Positions 27,843-34,685 of a stretch of 64,000 bases of DNA are shown piece by piece. Source of the DNA: Dehalococcoidia bacterium (GTDB lineage Bacteria > Chloroflexota > Dehalococcoidia > UBA2979). The stretch covers positions 3,005,282 through 3,069,281 of the forward strand of contig OZ252046.1 of assembly GCA_965247895.1 (NCBI GenBank), written 5' to 3'. A model generated the notes under the pieces. It saw only the letters and a list, made by a program, of their open reading frames with translations. It ran no database searches and was not told the DNA's origin. Position 1 is the first letter of the stretch. Every line of letters begins with the position of its first letter. The translations under genes and the position numbers were made by a program.

Positions 27843-29294
27843 ATGCCGGCGTCCGGCCCGAGCCGGGTGGAGGGCGGCGTGACAGACGAACAGCGCCCGC
27901 TGCGCACCAGGGTCTTCTACGCCAGCGGATCCGTCTCCGGCAACGTCATCTCGCAGGCCTTCTCGCTGTGGCTGATCTTCTTCTACGCGCCTCCCTCCGG
28001 CGAGGAGGACGCGGTCACCCGGATCCCGGCGATCGGGCTGCCCGACCTCGATTTCGGCCTCTTCTCGATGCCCGACCAGCTCGCGCCGCGGGTCGTGCTC
28101 GGCCTGCTGCTCACCGTCGCGCGCATCGTCGAGTCGATCGACGACCCGGTCGTCGGCTACCTCACCGACCGCACGAAGTCGCGCTGGGGGCGGCGCATCC
28201 CCTGGATCCTGCTCGGGACGCCGTGGTGGGCGCTGCTGTTCGCGGCGCTGTTCATCCCACCCGAGAGCGGCGCGGGCCTGGCCAACCTCGTCTGGCTGGT
28301 CGTGATCCTCGAGGTCTTCTGGCTGTCCAGCAATCTGTCGGGCGCGCCGTTGGAGGCGCTGCTCCCGCACATCGCGAAGTCGCACCAGCATCGGGTGACG
28401 GTAGCCGCGTTCCAGCTGCTCTTCGGCGTGTTCGGCGCGTTCATCGGGCTCTCGATCAGCTCGCTGCTGGTGGACTTCGTGGGCTTCGGGTCGATGGCGG
28501 CGATCATGGCCGCGATCGCGCTGGCGACGCGCTACACGGCGCTGTTCGGCTGCTGGAGCCATGCGAAGAGCGATGACACGCCCTCGACGCCGGGGTTCAA
28601 ACGCTCGGTCCGCGAGACGTTCTCCAACAAGCAGTTCGTCGCCTTCCTGCCGAGCTTCATCTTCTTCCGCATCGCCCAGTTGATGTTGACGGCGCTGTTC
28701 CCGTTCTACGTCTCGGCGGCGCTCGCCAGCAGCGAGGCGTTCGGGTTCAACGGCGCCGAGGACGCGGGCGTGTTCACCTTCGGCCTCACGGTCGTCGTCA
28801 TCGTCGGCGTGCTCGTGGGGATCGGGGTCTTCACGCCGCTCGCGAGGCGCAAGGGCAACGCGCACGCCTTCCGCACGGCGATGCTGTGGGGGATGGGAGG
28901 GCTGTTCCTGCTGTTCTTCGCCGGTTTCATGCCCGGCCCCCCGAAGGTGGCGCAGGCAATGCTCGCGGTGTTCATCGCCGGGATGCCGCTGGCCGGCATC
29001 CTGATGCTGCCCAACATCCTGATCGCCGACATCGTCGACCACGACGCGCGGCGCACCGCGACGCGGCGCGAGGGGATGTTCTACGGAACCCAGAACCTGC
29101 TGGAGAAGAGCGCCTCGGCCTTCGCGCCGCTGCTGCTCGCGATCGTGCTGCTGGCCGGCGACAACGCGAGCGATCCGCTCGGCGTGCGGCTCGTCGGCCC
29201 GGTCGCCGGCGTGCTCGTGTTCATCGGCTACCTCTCGTTCCGCGGCTACACGCTCGACGAACAGGCGACCGAGGAGTCAGCGGCGGCGCGGTGA
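27843..29294 (+). CDS. MFS transporter, GPH/MFS_2 (MelB/MFSD2-like) family
   Basis: It contains DDPVVGYLTDRTKSRWGRRIPWIL and about 12 TM segments. Confidence 0.85.
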   Translation: MPASGPSRVEGGVTDEQRPLRTRVFYASGSVSGNVISQAFSLWLIFFYAPPSGEEDAVTRIPAIGLPDLDFGLFSMPDQLAPRVVLGLLLTVARIVESIDDPVVGYLTDRTKSRWGRRIPWILLGTPWWALLFAALFIPPESGAGLANLVWLVVILEVFWLSSNLSGAPLEALLPHIAKSHQHRVTVAAFQLLFGVFGAFIGLSISSLLVDFVGFGSMAAIMAAIALATRYTALFGCWSHAKSDDTPSTPGFKRSVRETFSNKQFVAFLPSFIFFRIAQLMLTALFPFYVSAALASSEAFGFNGAEDAGVFTFGLTVVVIVGVLVGIGVFTPLARRKGNAHAFRTAMLWGMGGLFLLFFAGFMPGPPKVAQAMLAVFIAGMPLAGILMLPNILIADIVDHDARRTATRREGMFYGTQNLLEKSASAFAPLLLAIVLLAGDNASDPLGVRLVGPVAGVLVFIGYLSFRGYTLDEQATEESAAAR

Positions 29295-29343
29295 GCCGGA
29301 CGCGCGCCCGCGTCTCCGACCCGTAGCGCGCATCCACACTGTG

Positions 29344-29372
29344 ACATACAATGAAACAGAAGCAACATACAA
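29344..29372 (+). promoter_or_regulatory. Candidate vapBC promoter/operator: ACATACAA twice, 21 bp apart, the first overlapping a TACAAT -10-like hexamer
   Basis: ACATACAA sits at 29344-29351 and 29365-29372. TACAAT sits at 29347-29352. This is a local AT-rich patch 17 nt upstream of vapB. Confidence 0.4.
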
Positions 29373-29388
29373 CGCAGCGAGGTGACGC

Positions 29389-29628
29389 ATGGTCGGCAGC
29401 TACGTGATGAAGGTTTCGTCGAACGGGCAGGTTTCAATCCCGGCGGAGGCGCGTGCCCGCTGGAAGGCCGATCGAATGCTCGTTGTCGATATGGGCGATC
29501 GTGTGGTGATGCGTCCGCTCCCGCCGGATCCCGTCGCTGCCCTCCGAGGGAAGTACGCCGGGCGAGGGCCGAGCACCGACGAGGCTCGCCGGGAGGCCCG
29601 GGCCGAGGACGCTGACCGCGAGCCGTGA
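29389..29628 (+). CDS. vapB: AbrB/MazE/SpoVT-type antitoxin (VapB-like)
   Basis: It contains KVSSNGQVSIPAEARARW...DRVVMRP. Its stop overlaps the toxin start (GTGA). Confidence 0.8.
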   Translation: MVGSYVMKVSSNGQVSIPAEARARWKADRMLVVDMGDRVVMRPLPPDPVAALRGKYAGRGPSTDEARREARAEDADREP

Positions 29629-30062
29629 TCATCCTCGACGCATACGCGGTGCTGGCGTTGCTGAAGGACGAGCACGCGGCGCTAGAGGTCCAGGAGTTGA
29701 TCGAGCGCGACGAAGAGGCGGCGCTGACGCTGCTCGGCATCGCCGAGGTGCTCGACCGTCTCGTGCGCGGCGCCGGCATCGACGGGGAGCAGGCGTGGCT
29801 CGACCTCGCACAACTGGGGCTGGCTGCCCCGCCGGCGCTTGATGCTCAGCTGGCGGCGAGAGCGGGACTGCTGCGCGCGCACCACTACGACCGTCGCACT
29901 CGCGCGATCAGCCTCGCGGACTGCGTGGCCGCCGAGACGGCGCGCCGCCTGGATGCACCACTCGCCACAGCCGATCCCCCGCTCCTCGAGACCTGCGAGG
30001 CGGAAGGAATCGCGGTCATCGCACTTCCCGACAGCCAGGGCGCAGTCTGGCCCCGCTCCTAG
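29625..30062 (+). CDS. vapC: PIN-domain toxin (VapC-like)
   Basis: It contains IILDAY (N-terminal Asp), LADCVAAETA and ATAD. It is coupled to the antitoxin by a 4-nt overlap. Confidence 0.8.
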   Translation: MIILDAYAVLALLKDEHAALEVQELIERDEEAALTLLGIAEVLDRLVRGAGIDGEQAWLDLAQLGLAAPPALDAQLAARAGLLRAHHYDRRTRAISLADCVAAETARRLDAPLATADPPLLETCEAEGIAVIALPDSQGAVWPRS

Positions 30063-30142
30063 CGGAAGGGCCGTTTCGGTAGCGCCGGTTGCGATGCCCC
30101 CGCCGGATCCGGGCAACAGACCCGGTGGTGCGATCGCGTCGA

Positions 30143-30172
30143 TTGACGATTACGCCGCGGCGGCCCTATCGT
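30143..30172 (+). promoter_or_regulatory. Candidate sigma-70-type promoter: TTGACG, 18-nt spacer, TATCGT
   Basis: The -35 is at 30143-30148 and the -10 at 30167-30172. An AAGGAGG follows 12 nt downstream. Confidence 0.35.
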
Positions 30173-30200
30173 CCAAGGCAAGGAAGGAGGTGATGCCCAC

Positions 30201-30272
30201 ATGGATGATGAACGTAGTCACGAGGTCGAGGCGAGCTTGTGGGACATCTCCGAGGAGGTGTCGGCGGGCTAA
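30201..30272 (+). CDS. Candidate 23-aa acidic micro-ORF (MDDERSHEVEASLWDISEEVSAG)
   Basis: A strong SD (AAGGAGG, 30184-30190) lies 10 nt upstream. A terminator hairpin lies 26 nt downstream. An alternative frame from ATG 30193 has only 2-nt SD spacing. Confidence 0.3.
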   Translation: MDDERSHEVEASLWDISEEVSAG

Positions 30273-30297
30273 CCTCTGCCCGTGAGACTGAACGGAA

Positions 30298-30320
30298 CAC
30301 CCCGGCCACTGGCCGGGGTG
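30298..30320 (+). terminator. 10-bp perfect GC-rich hairpin (CACCCCGGCC, loop ACT, GGCCGGGGTG) followed by TTCT
   Basis: Read directly. It lies 22 nt upstream of the birA ATG. Confidence 0.5.
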
Positions 30321-30342
30321 TTCTGCGTCCGGAGGTCCGCCG

Positions 30343-31170
30343 ATGGCGGCTGCCGCAGACTTCGATCACGAGCGCTACGCAGCCCTGAGGGGCGGCGGGC
30401 GCCTCGGCGCGCGCGTGCACGCCGTTGCGCGCACGACCTCCACCATGGACGACGCGCGCGCGGGCGCGGACCGGCGCGGCGCCGCAGGCTGCGGTGACGC
30501 CTACGTCGCGGGCGAGCAGACGGCCGGCCGAGGGCGTTTCGGCCGTCGCTGGGTCGCCACGCCGGGGGCGGCATTGCTCGTCACCTTCCACCTCTGCCCC
30601 GCGGCCGGCCCGCACACCCCGCTCCTCAGCGCCGCGGGAGGCCTCGCCACTGCCGAGGCGGTCGAGGCTGCCTGCGGCCTCGACGTCTCGCTGAAGTGGC
30701 CGAACGACGTGCTCGCGGACGGCCGCAAGCTGTCCGGCGTGCTGGCCGACGCGCGGCACGGGCCGGGTGGAAGCGTCGAGGTCTTCCTCGGCATCGGCGT
30801 CAACCTGCGGGAGGCGGCGACGGCGGGCCTGCCGCCCGACGAGCGGGCGCGCGCGACGAGCATCGAGGGCGCGGGCGCGCCGCCGCCGGACCCGGAGATG
30901 CTGCTCGCGGAGCTCTCGCGCGCGCTCGAGCGGCGAGTCGGGCAGCTCGAGCGCGACCCGCCCGCCTTCCTCGACGACTGGCGCGACCGCCTCGAAACGA
31001 TCGGCCGCCGCGTCCAGCTCGCGCCCGCCGGCCCCGAGGCGGGTGAGGGCGAGGGTGCGGGCGTCGTCGAGGGCGTCGCGGTCGGCGTGACGCCGCTGGG
31101 CGAGCTGACGCTGCGGCTGGACGACGGCTCGTCGCGCAGCTTCGCCGCGGGCGATGTGACGACGTTGTGA
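30343..31170 (+). CDS. birA: Biotin--[acetyl-CoA-carboxylase] ligase
   Basis: It contains GEQTAGRGRFGRRW and LKWPNDVLADGRKLSGVL. The ATG follows GGAGG. I saw no N-terminal HTH. Confidence 0.9.
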   Translation: MAAAADFDHERYAALRGGGRLGARVHAVARTTSTMDDARAGADRRGAAGCGDAYVAGEQTAGRGRFGRRWVATPGAALLVTFHLCPAAGPHTPLLSAAGGLATAEAVEAACGLDVSLKWPNDVLADGRKLSGVLADARHGPGGSVEVFLGIGVNLREAATAGLPPDERARATSIEGAGAPPPDPEMLLAELSRALERRVGQLERDPPAFLDDWRDRLETIGRRVQLAPAGPEAGEGEGAGVVEGVAVGVTPLGELTLRLDDGSSRSFAAGDVTTL

Positions 31171-31205
31171 GCGCCGCGACGGCAGCGGCCACGTCACCTC
31201 GACGC

Positions 31206-31234
31206 TTGCCCTCCCGGGGCAGGGCTTCTACGAT
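31206..31234 (+). promoter_or_regulatory. Candidate his operon promoter: TTGCCC, 17-nt spacer, TACGAT
   Basis: The -10 ends 7 nt before the ATG at 31242. That ATG has no SD, which fits a leaderless transcript. Confidence 0.35.
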
Positions 31235-31241
31235 CGCCGTG

Positions 31242-31337
31242 ATGCGTAGATACGAGATCAGCGGCGTGCGGGCGCACGGTCATGCCCATGCTCATCGGGG
31301 CGAGGAGTCGCCGCCGCGAAGCCGCTTGCATCGATAG
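31242..31337 (+). CDS. Candidate His-rich leader peptide (MRRYEISGVRAHGHAHAHRGEESPPRSRLHR)
   Basis: Four His codons sit at alternating positions 12-18, and three of them are CAT. The ORF lies between birA and hisZ and is followed by a terminator. Confidence 0.4.
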   Translation: MRRYEISGVRAHGHAHAHRGEESPPRSRLHR

Positions 31338-31360
31338 CCGGAACGCAGATGCCAGTGACG

Positions 31361-31397
31361 CGCCGCGGCGGATCTCCCGTCGCGGCGTTTCTGTGTG
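31361..31397 (+). terminator. Intrinsic terminator/attenuator: 11-bp GC stem (one G-U pair), loop ATCTC, then TTTCTGTGTG
   Basis: CGCCGCGGCGG (31361-31371) pairs with CCGTCGCGGCG (31377-31387). The upstream CCGCCGCG (31311-31318) can pair with 31364-31371 as an alternative structure. Confidence 0.5.
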
Positions 31398-31472
31398 ACC
31401 ACAGATCGGCGTCGCCGTCCCGGCCCCCCACGAGACCGACCCACGAGCGCAGGCGTTGAGAGTGAGACGAGC

Positions 31473-32501
31473 GTGACCGAGACCGATACAGAAACCAGCA
31501 ACCCCGCCGCGAGCCGAGCCGAGAGCCTCCGCAGCCGCGGCATGCACGATCTGGGGCCGGACGAGATGCGGCGCTTCCGAGGCGTCGAGGCGCGATTCCT
31601 CGAGGTGACGGCGGCCGCCGGGTACCGCGAGATCCGCACGCCGACCGTCGAGCCGTTGCACCTCTTCACCGGCGCGGGCGCGCTCTCGCCGCAACTGCTC
31701 GACCGCGTCTACTCGTTCCTCGACTGGGACGGGTGGAGCGGTGAGCGGATGGTGCTGCGGCCGGACAGCACCCTGCCGGCGGTGCGCTGGTTCGAGAGCC
31801 GGGCCGACGCGCCCGAGGGCGAGCCGGCGCGCCTCAGCTACGTCCAGCCGGTCTACCGCTTCGACGCCGGCGATGGCGAGCGCGAGCTGTGGCAGTGCGG
31901 CGTCGAACTGTTCGGCCTCGCCGCTCCCGAGGGCGACGTCGAGCTGCTCGGCCTCGCGGGAGAGCTGCTGAGCGCCCTCGGACTCGCCGATCTGCGCTTC
32001 GAGATCGCGCACGCCGGACTGCTGCGCGCCGCGCTGGCGGCGACCGGGCTGGACGAGACCGAGCAGATCGAGGCCCTCGACCGGGTGATCGAGGGCGGCG
32101 AAGTCGCCGTCGAGGCCGTCGCCGGCGAGCTGTCGGCGGCCAGCCCGGAGCGGGCGAGCGGCCTGCGCCTGCTGCTGGAGATCAGCGGGGGGAGCGAGGG
32201 CTACCTCGACAACGTCGCGGCGGCGCTGCCGGAGGCCGCGCAGCCGATCGCGGAGCTGCGCGCGGCCGTGCAGATGCTGGAGGCGGCAGGGGTCGCCTTC
32301 GATCTCGCGCCCGCCGCGGGCGGCAGCTTCGAGTACTACACCGGCCTCACCTTCCGCGTCTTCGCGGGCGCGGAGGCCTGCCTGCTGGGAGGCCGCTACG
32401 ACGGCATGGCGGAGGCCGTCGGTGGGCGCGCCGCGCCCGCCTCGGGCTTTGCCGCCGACCTGCTGCGGCTCGCCGCGCTCTCGCCGGAGGCGGCGTCGTG
32501 A
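31473..32501 (+). CDS. hisZ: ATP phosphoribosyltransferase regulatory subunit HisZ
   Basis: Class-II aaRS-like (RGMHDLGPDEMRRF...YREIRTPTVE...). The start is uncertain. GTG 31473 lies downstream of the attenuator, while the ORF-limit GTG 31395 lies inside the terminator T-run. Confidence 0.8.
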   Translation: MTETDTETSNPAASRAESLRSRGMHDLGPDEMRRFRGVEARFLEVTAAAGYREIRTPTVEPLHLFTGAGALSPQLLDRVYSFLDWDGWSGERMVLRPDSTLPAVRWFESRADAPEGEPARLSYVQPVYRFDAGDGERELWQCGVELFGLAAPEGDVELLGLAGELLSALGLADLRFEIAHAGLLRAALAATGLDETEQIEALDRVIEGGEVAVEAVAGELSAASPERASGLRLLLEISGGSEGYLDNVAAALPEAAQPIAELRAAVQMLEAAGVAFDLAPAAGGSFEYYTGLTFRVFAGAEACLLGGRYDGMAEAVGGRAAPASGFAADLLRLAALSPEAAS

Positions 32502-33931
32502 TCCGCGTCGCGCTGCCTCGAGGCGACCTGCGCGTGCCGCTCGCCGGACGCCTGCGCGCGGCCGGCTTCGCCGTCGAGGGCTACGAGAGCGGATCGCGTG
32601 CCTACCGCTTCCCGGTCGAAGGCCGGCCGGGCGTGCTGGTGCGCGTCTTCGCGGAGCAGGACATCCCGATCCAGGTCGCCCTCGGCCAGTACGACCTCGG
32701 CATCACCAGCCGCACCTGGGTGGACGAGCTGCTGGCTCGCTACCCGCTCGACTCGCTCGTGCCGCTGCGTCCGCTCGACCTCGGAGGCGAGCGGCTGGTG
32801 CTGGCCGCGCCCGAGGGCGTCACGCTCGGCCAGCTCGCGGCGACGCCGGGCGTGCGCGTGACGACCTCGCACCCGAACCAGACGACGCGCTGCCTCAACT
32901 ACCTGCGCGTCCCGGACTACCGTGTGATCGAGGTCTGGGGACAGCCCGCGGCCTGGCCGCCCGAGGATGCCGACGCCGCCGTGCTGAGCGTGCCGCTGGA
33001 TGACGCGGCAGCCGACGCCGCTCTCGCCCGCGAGGGCCTGCGCATCGTCGCCGAAGTGCAACGCGGGTCCGCCACGCTCGTGGCGAACCGCGAAGCCCTC
33101 GCGAGCCGCGGGCTCGCCGAGGCGCTGGAGCCGCTGCTCGCGTTGCCCGCGGGCGCCGCCGGAGGGCCGCGCGCGCTCCCGCGCCGCAACGGCCGCCGTG
33201 ACGGCGCCGACGGGCTCGCCGCGCGGCGCTCGGACGGCGATCGAGCTGTCTTCCGCCTCGCGCTGCCGGACGGGCACGCGCAGCCGCACACCGTCGAGGC
33301 GCTCGCCTCCGCCGGGCTGCGCTTCGAGGGCTATGGCGACGGCGCGACGGACCGCCGTCCGCGTACCGCCGTCGAGGGCCTCGAGGTGAAGGTGATCCGC
33401 CCGCAGGACATGCCGCAGGCGGTCGCGCTCGGCTGCTTCGACCTCGCGCTGACGGGGCGCGACTGGCTGGCGGCGCACCTCGCGGCCTTCCCGCTCTCCC
33501 CGGTCGCGGAGCTGTGCGACCTGCGCCGCAGCCGCTACCGCCTCGGTGCGGTCGTGCCGGAGGCCGTGCCCGCCGAGACGATCGCCGAGGCGATAGCCTG
33601 GTGGCGGCGGGATGACCCGGAGCGGCCGATTCGCGTCGCCTCGGAGTACGTCTCGCTGGCCGATCACTACGCGCGCGAGCGGCGCCTCGGGCGCTACCAG
33701 GTGCTGCCGATCTCCGGGGCGTCGGAGGGCTTCGTGCCCGACGACGCGGAGATCCTGATCGAGGGCACGGAGACCGGCTCCACCCTGCGCGCCAACCGGC
33801 TCCGTATGATCGACGTCATCATGGAGTCGACGAACTGCGCGATCGGATCGACGGTGCGCCCGCCGGGCGCGCGCGGCGATCTGCGCGACGACCTGGTCGA
33901 GCGGCTGCGGACGGGCGCCGCGGAGGTCTGA
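32498..33931 (+). CDS. hisG: ATP phosphoribosyltransferase HisG, tandem-duplicated (two short-HisG-like halves fused, 477 aa)
   Basis: The GTG overlaps the hisZ stop (GTGA). Half 1 reads IRVALPRGDL...IQVALGQYDLGITS. Half 2 reads FRLALPDGH...QAVALGCFDLALTG and retains EGTETGSTLRANRL. Confidence 0.8.
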   Translation: MIRVALPRGDLRVPLAGRLRAAGFAVEGYESGSRAYRFPVEGRPGVLVRVFAEQDIPIQVALGQYDLGITSRTWVDELLARYPLDSLVPLRPLDLGGERLVLAAPEGVTLGQLAATPGVRVTTSHPNQTTRCLNYLRVPDYRVIEVWGQPAAWPPEDADAAVLSVPLDDAAADAALAREGLRIVAEVQRGSATLVANREALASRGLAEALEPLLALPAGAAGGPRALPRRNGRRDGADGLAARRSDGDRAVFRLALPDGHAQPHTVEALASAGLRFEGYGDGATDRRPRTAVEGLEVKVIRPQDMPQAVALGCFDLALTGRDWLAAHLAAFPLSPVAELCDLRRSRYRLGAVVPEAVPAETIAEAIAWWRRDDPERPIRVASEYVSLADHYARERRLGRYQVLPISGASEGFVPDDAEILIEGTETGSTLRANRLRMIDVIMESTNCAIGSTVRPPGARGDLRDDLVERLRTGAAEV

Positions 33932-33932
33932 C

Positions 33933-34685
33933 GTGCCCTCACTCGGATCGCACCTCGCCAGCGCCTACGGGCTGGCCGACCGCCTCGGCCACCCGTTCAT
34001 CGACGCCGATCGCGGGGCCTACTACATGGGCTCGACGGCGCCGGACATCCGCGTGCTGCTGCGGGTGGACCGCCGCCTCACGCACTTCTTCGAGCTCGAC
34101 GAGTTCGCGAAGCAGGACTCGGTGGCGCGCATGTTCGAGGAGCACCCGGACCTGCAGGACCTCGCCGGCCTCAACGAGAGCACGCGCGCCTTCGTCGCCG
34201 GCTACGTCACGCACCTGCTGATGGACGAGCACTACATCCAGAGCGTCTACCGCCGCTTCTTCGGCGAGCGCTCGTCGCTCGGCGGCGATCTGCGCGCCAA
34301 CATCCTCGACCGCGCGCTGCAGTACGAGATGAACCGTCGCGAGCTGGAGGACGACGCCGCGCTCGCGGAGATTCGCACCGCCATCGACGCGACCGAGGCG
34401 GCGATCGCGGTCGGCTTCATCGAGTCGCAGCTGTGGCCGGAATGGCGCGACTTCACGCGCGGGATCACCTACCAGCGCCCGGACTGGGACCGCTTTCCTC
34501 GGGTGATGCAGATCCACCTGCGGCGCGGCGGCTTCAGCGACGAGGAGATCGAGCGCGTCGCGGAGAACCCGGGCGGGCTGATCCAGGAATCGCTCTCACA
34601 CGTCAGTGAGGACGAGGTCGCACGCTACCTCGAGGAGGCGACCGAGCTGGCCGCCGAGCGCCTCCGCGAATATCTGCCCCGCTGA
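33933..34685 (+). CDS. Hypothetical protein, possibly a zinc-dependent phospholipase C-like / metal hydrolase fold
   Basis: The GTG follows GGAGG and sits 1 nt after the hisG stop. Its stop overlaps the hisD ATG. The N-terminus GSHLA....GSTAPDI resembles that family only loosely. Confidence 0.6.
   Translation: MPSLGSHLASAYGLADRLGHPFIDADRGAYYMGSTAPDIRVLLRVDRRLTHFFELDEFAKQDSVARMFEEHPDLQDLAGLNESTRAFVAGYVTHLLMDEHYIQSVYRRFFGERSSLGGDLRANILDRALQYEMNRRELEDDAALAEIRTAIDATEAAIAVGFIESQLWPEWRDFTRGITYQRPDWDRFPRVMQIHLRRGGFSDEEIERVAENPGGLIQESLSHVSEDEVARYLEEATELAAERLREYLPR

Noticed and set aside
31211-31232. A GCCCT...AGGGC hairpin after birA, considered as a terminator.
   Set aside because: It has only a 5-bp stem with an 8-nt loop and a poor T-tract. 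It also overlaps the spacer of the candidate his promoter.
31395-31472. The ORF-limit GTG start for hisZ at 31395.
   Set aside because: It lies inside the T-rich tail of the terminator-like hairpin and adds a non-conserved Thr/Glu/Asp-rich N-terminus. I preferred GTG 31473, though this remains uncertain.
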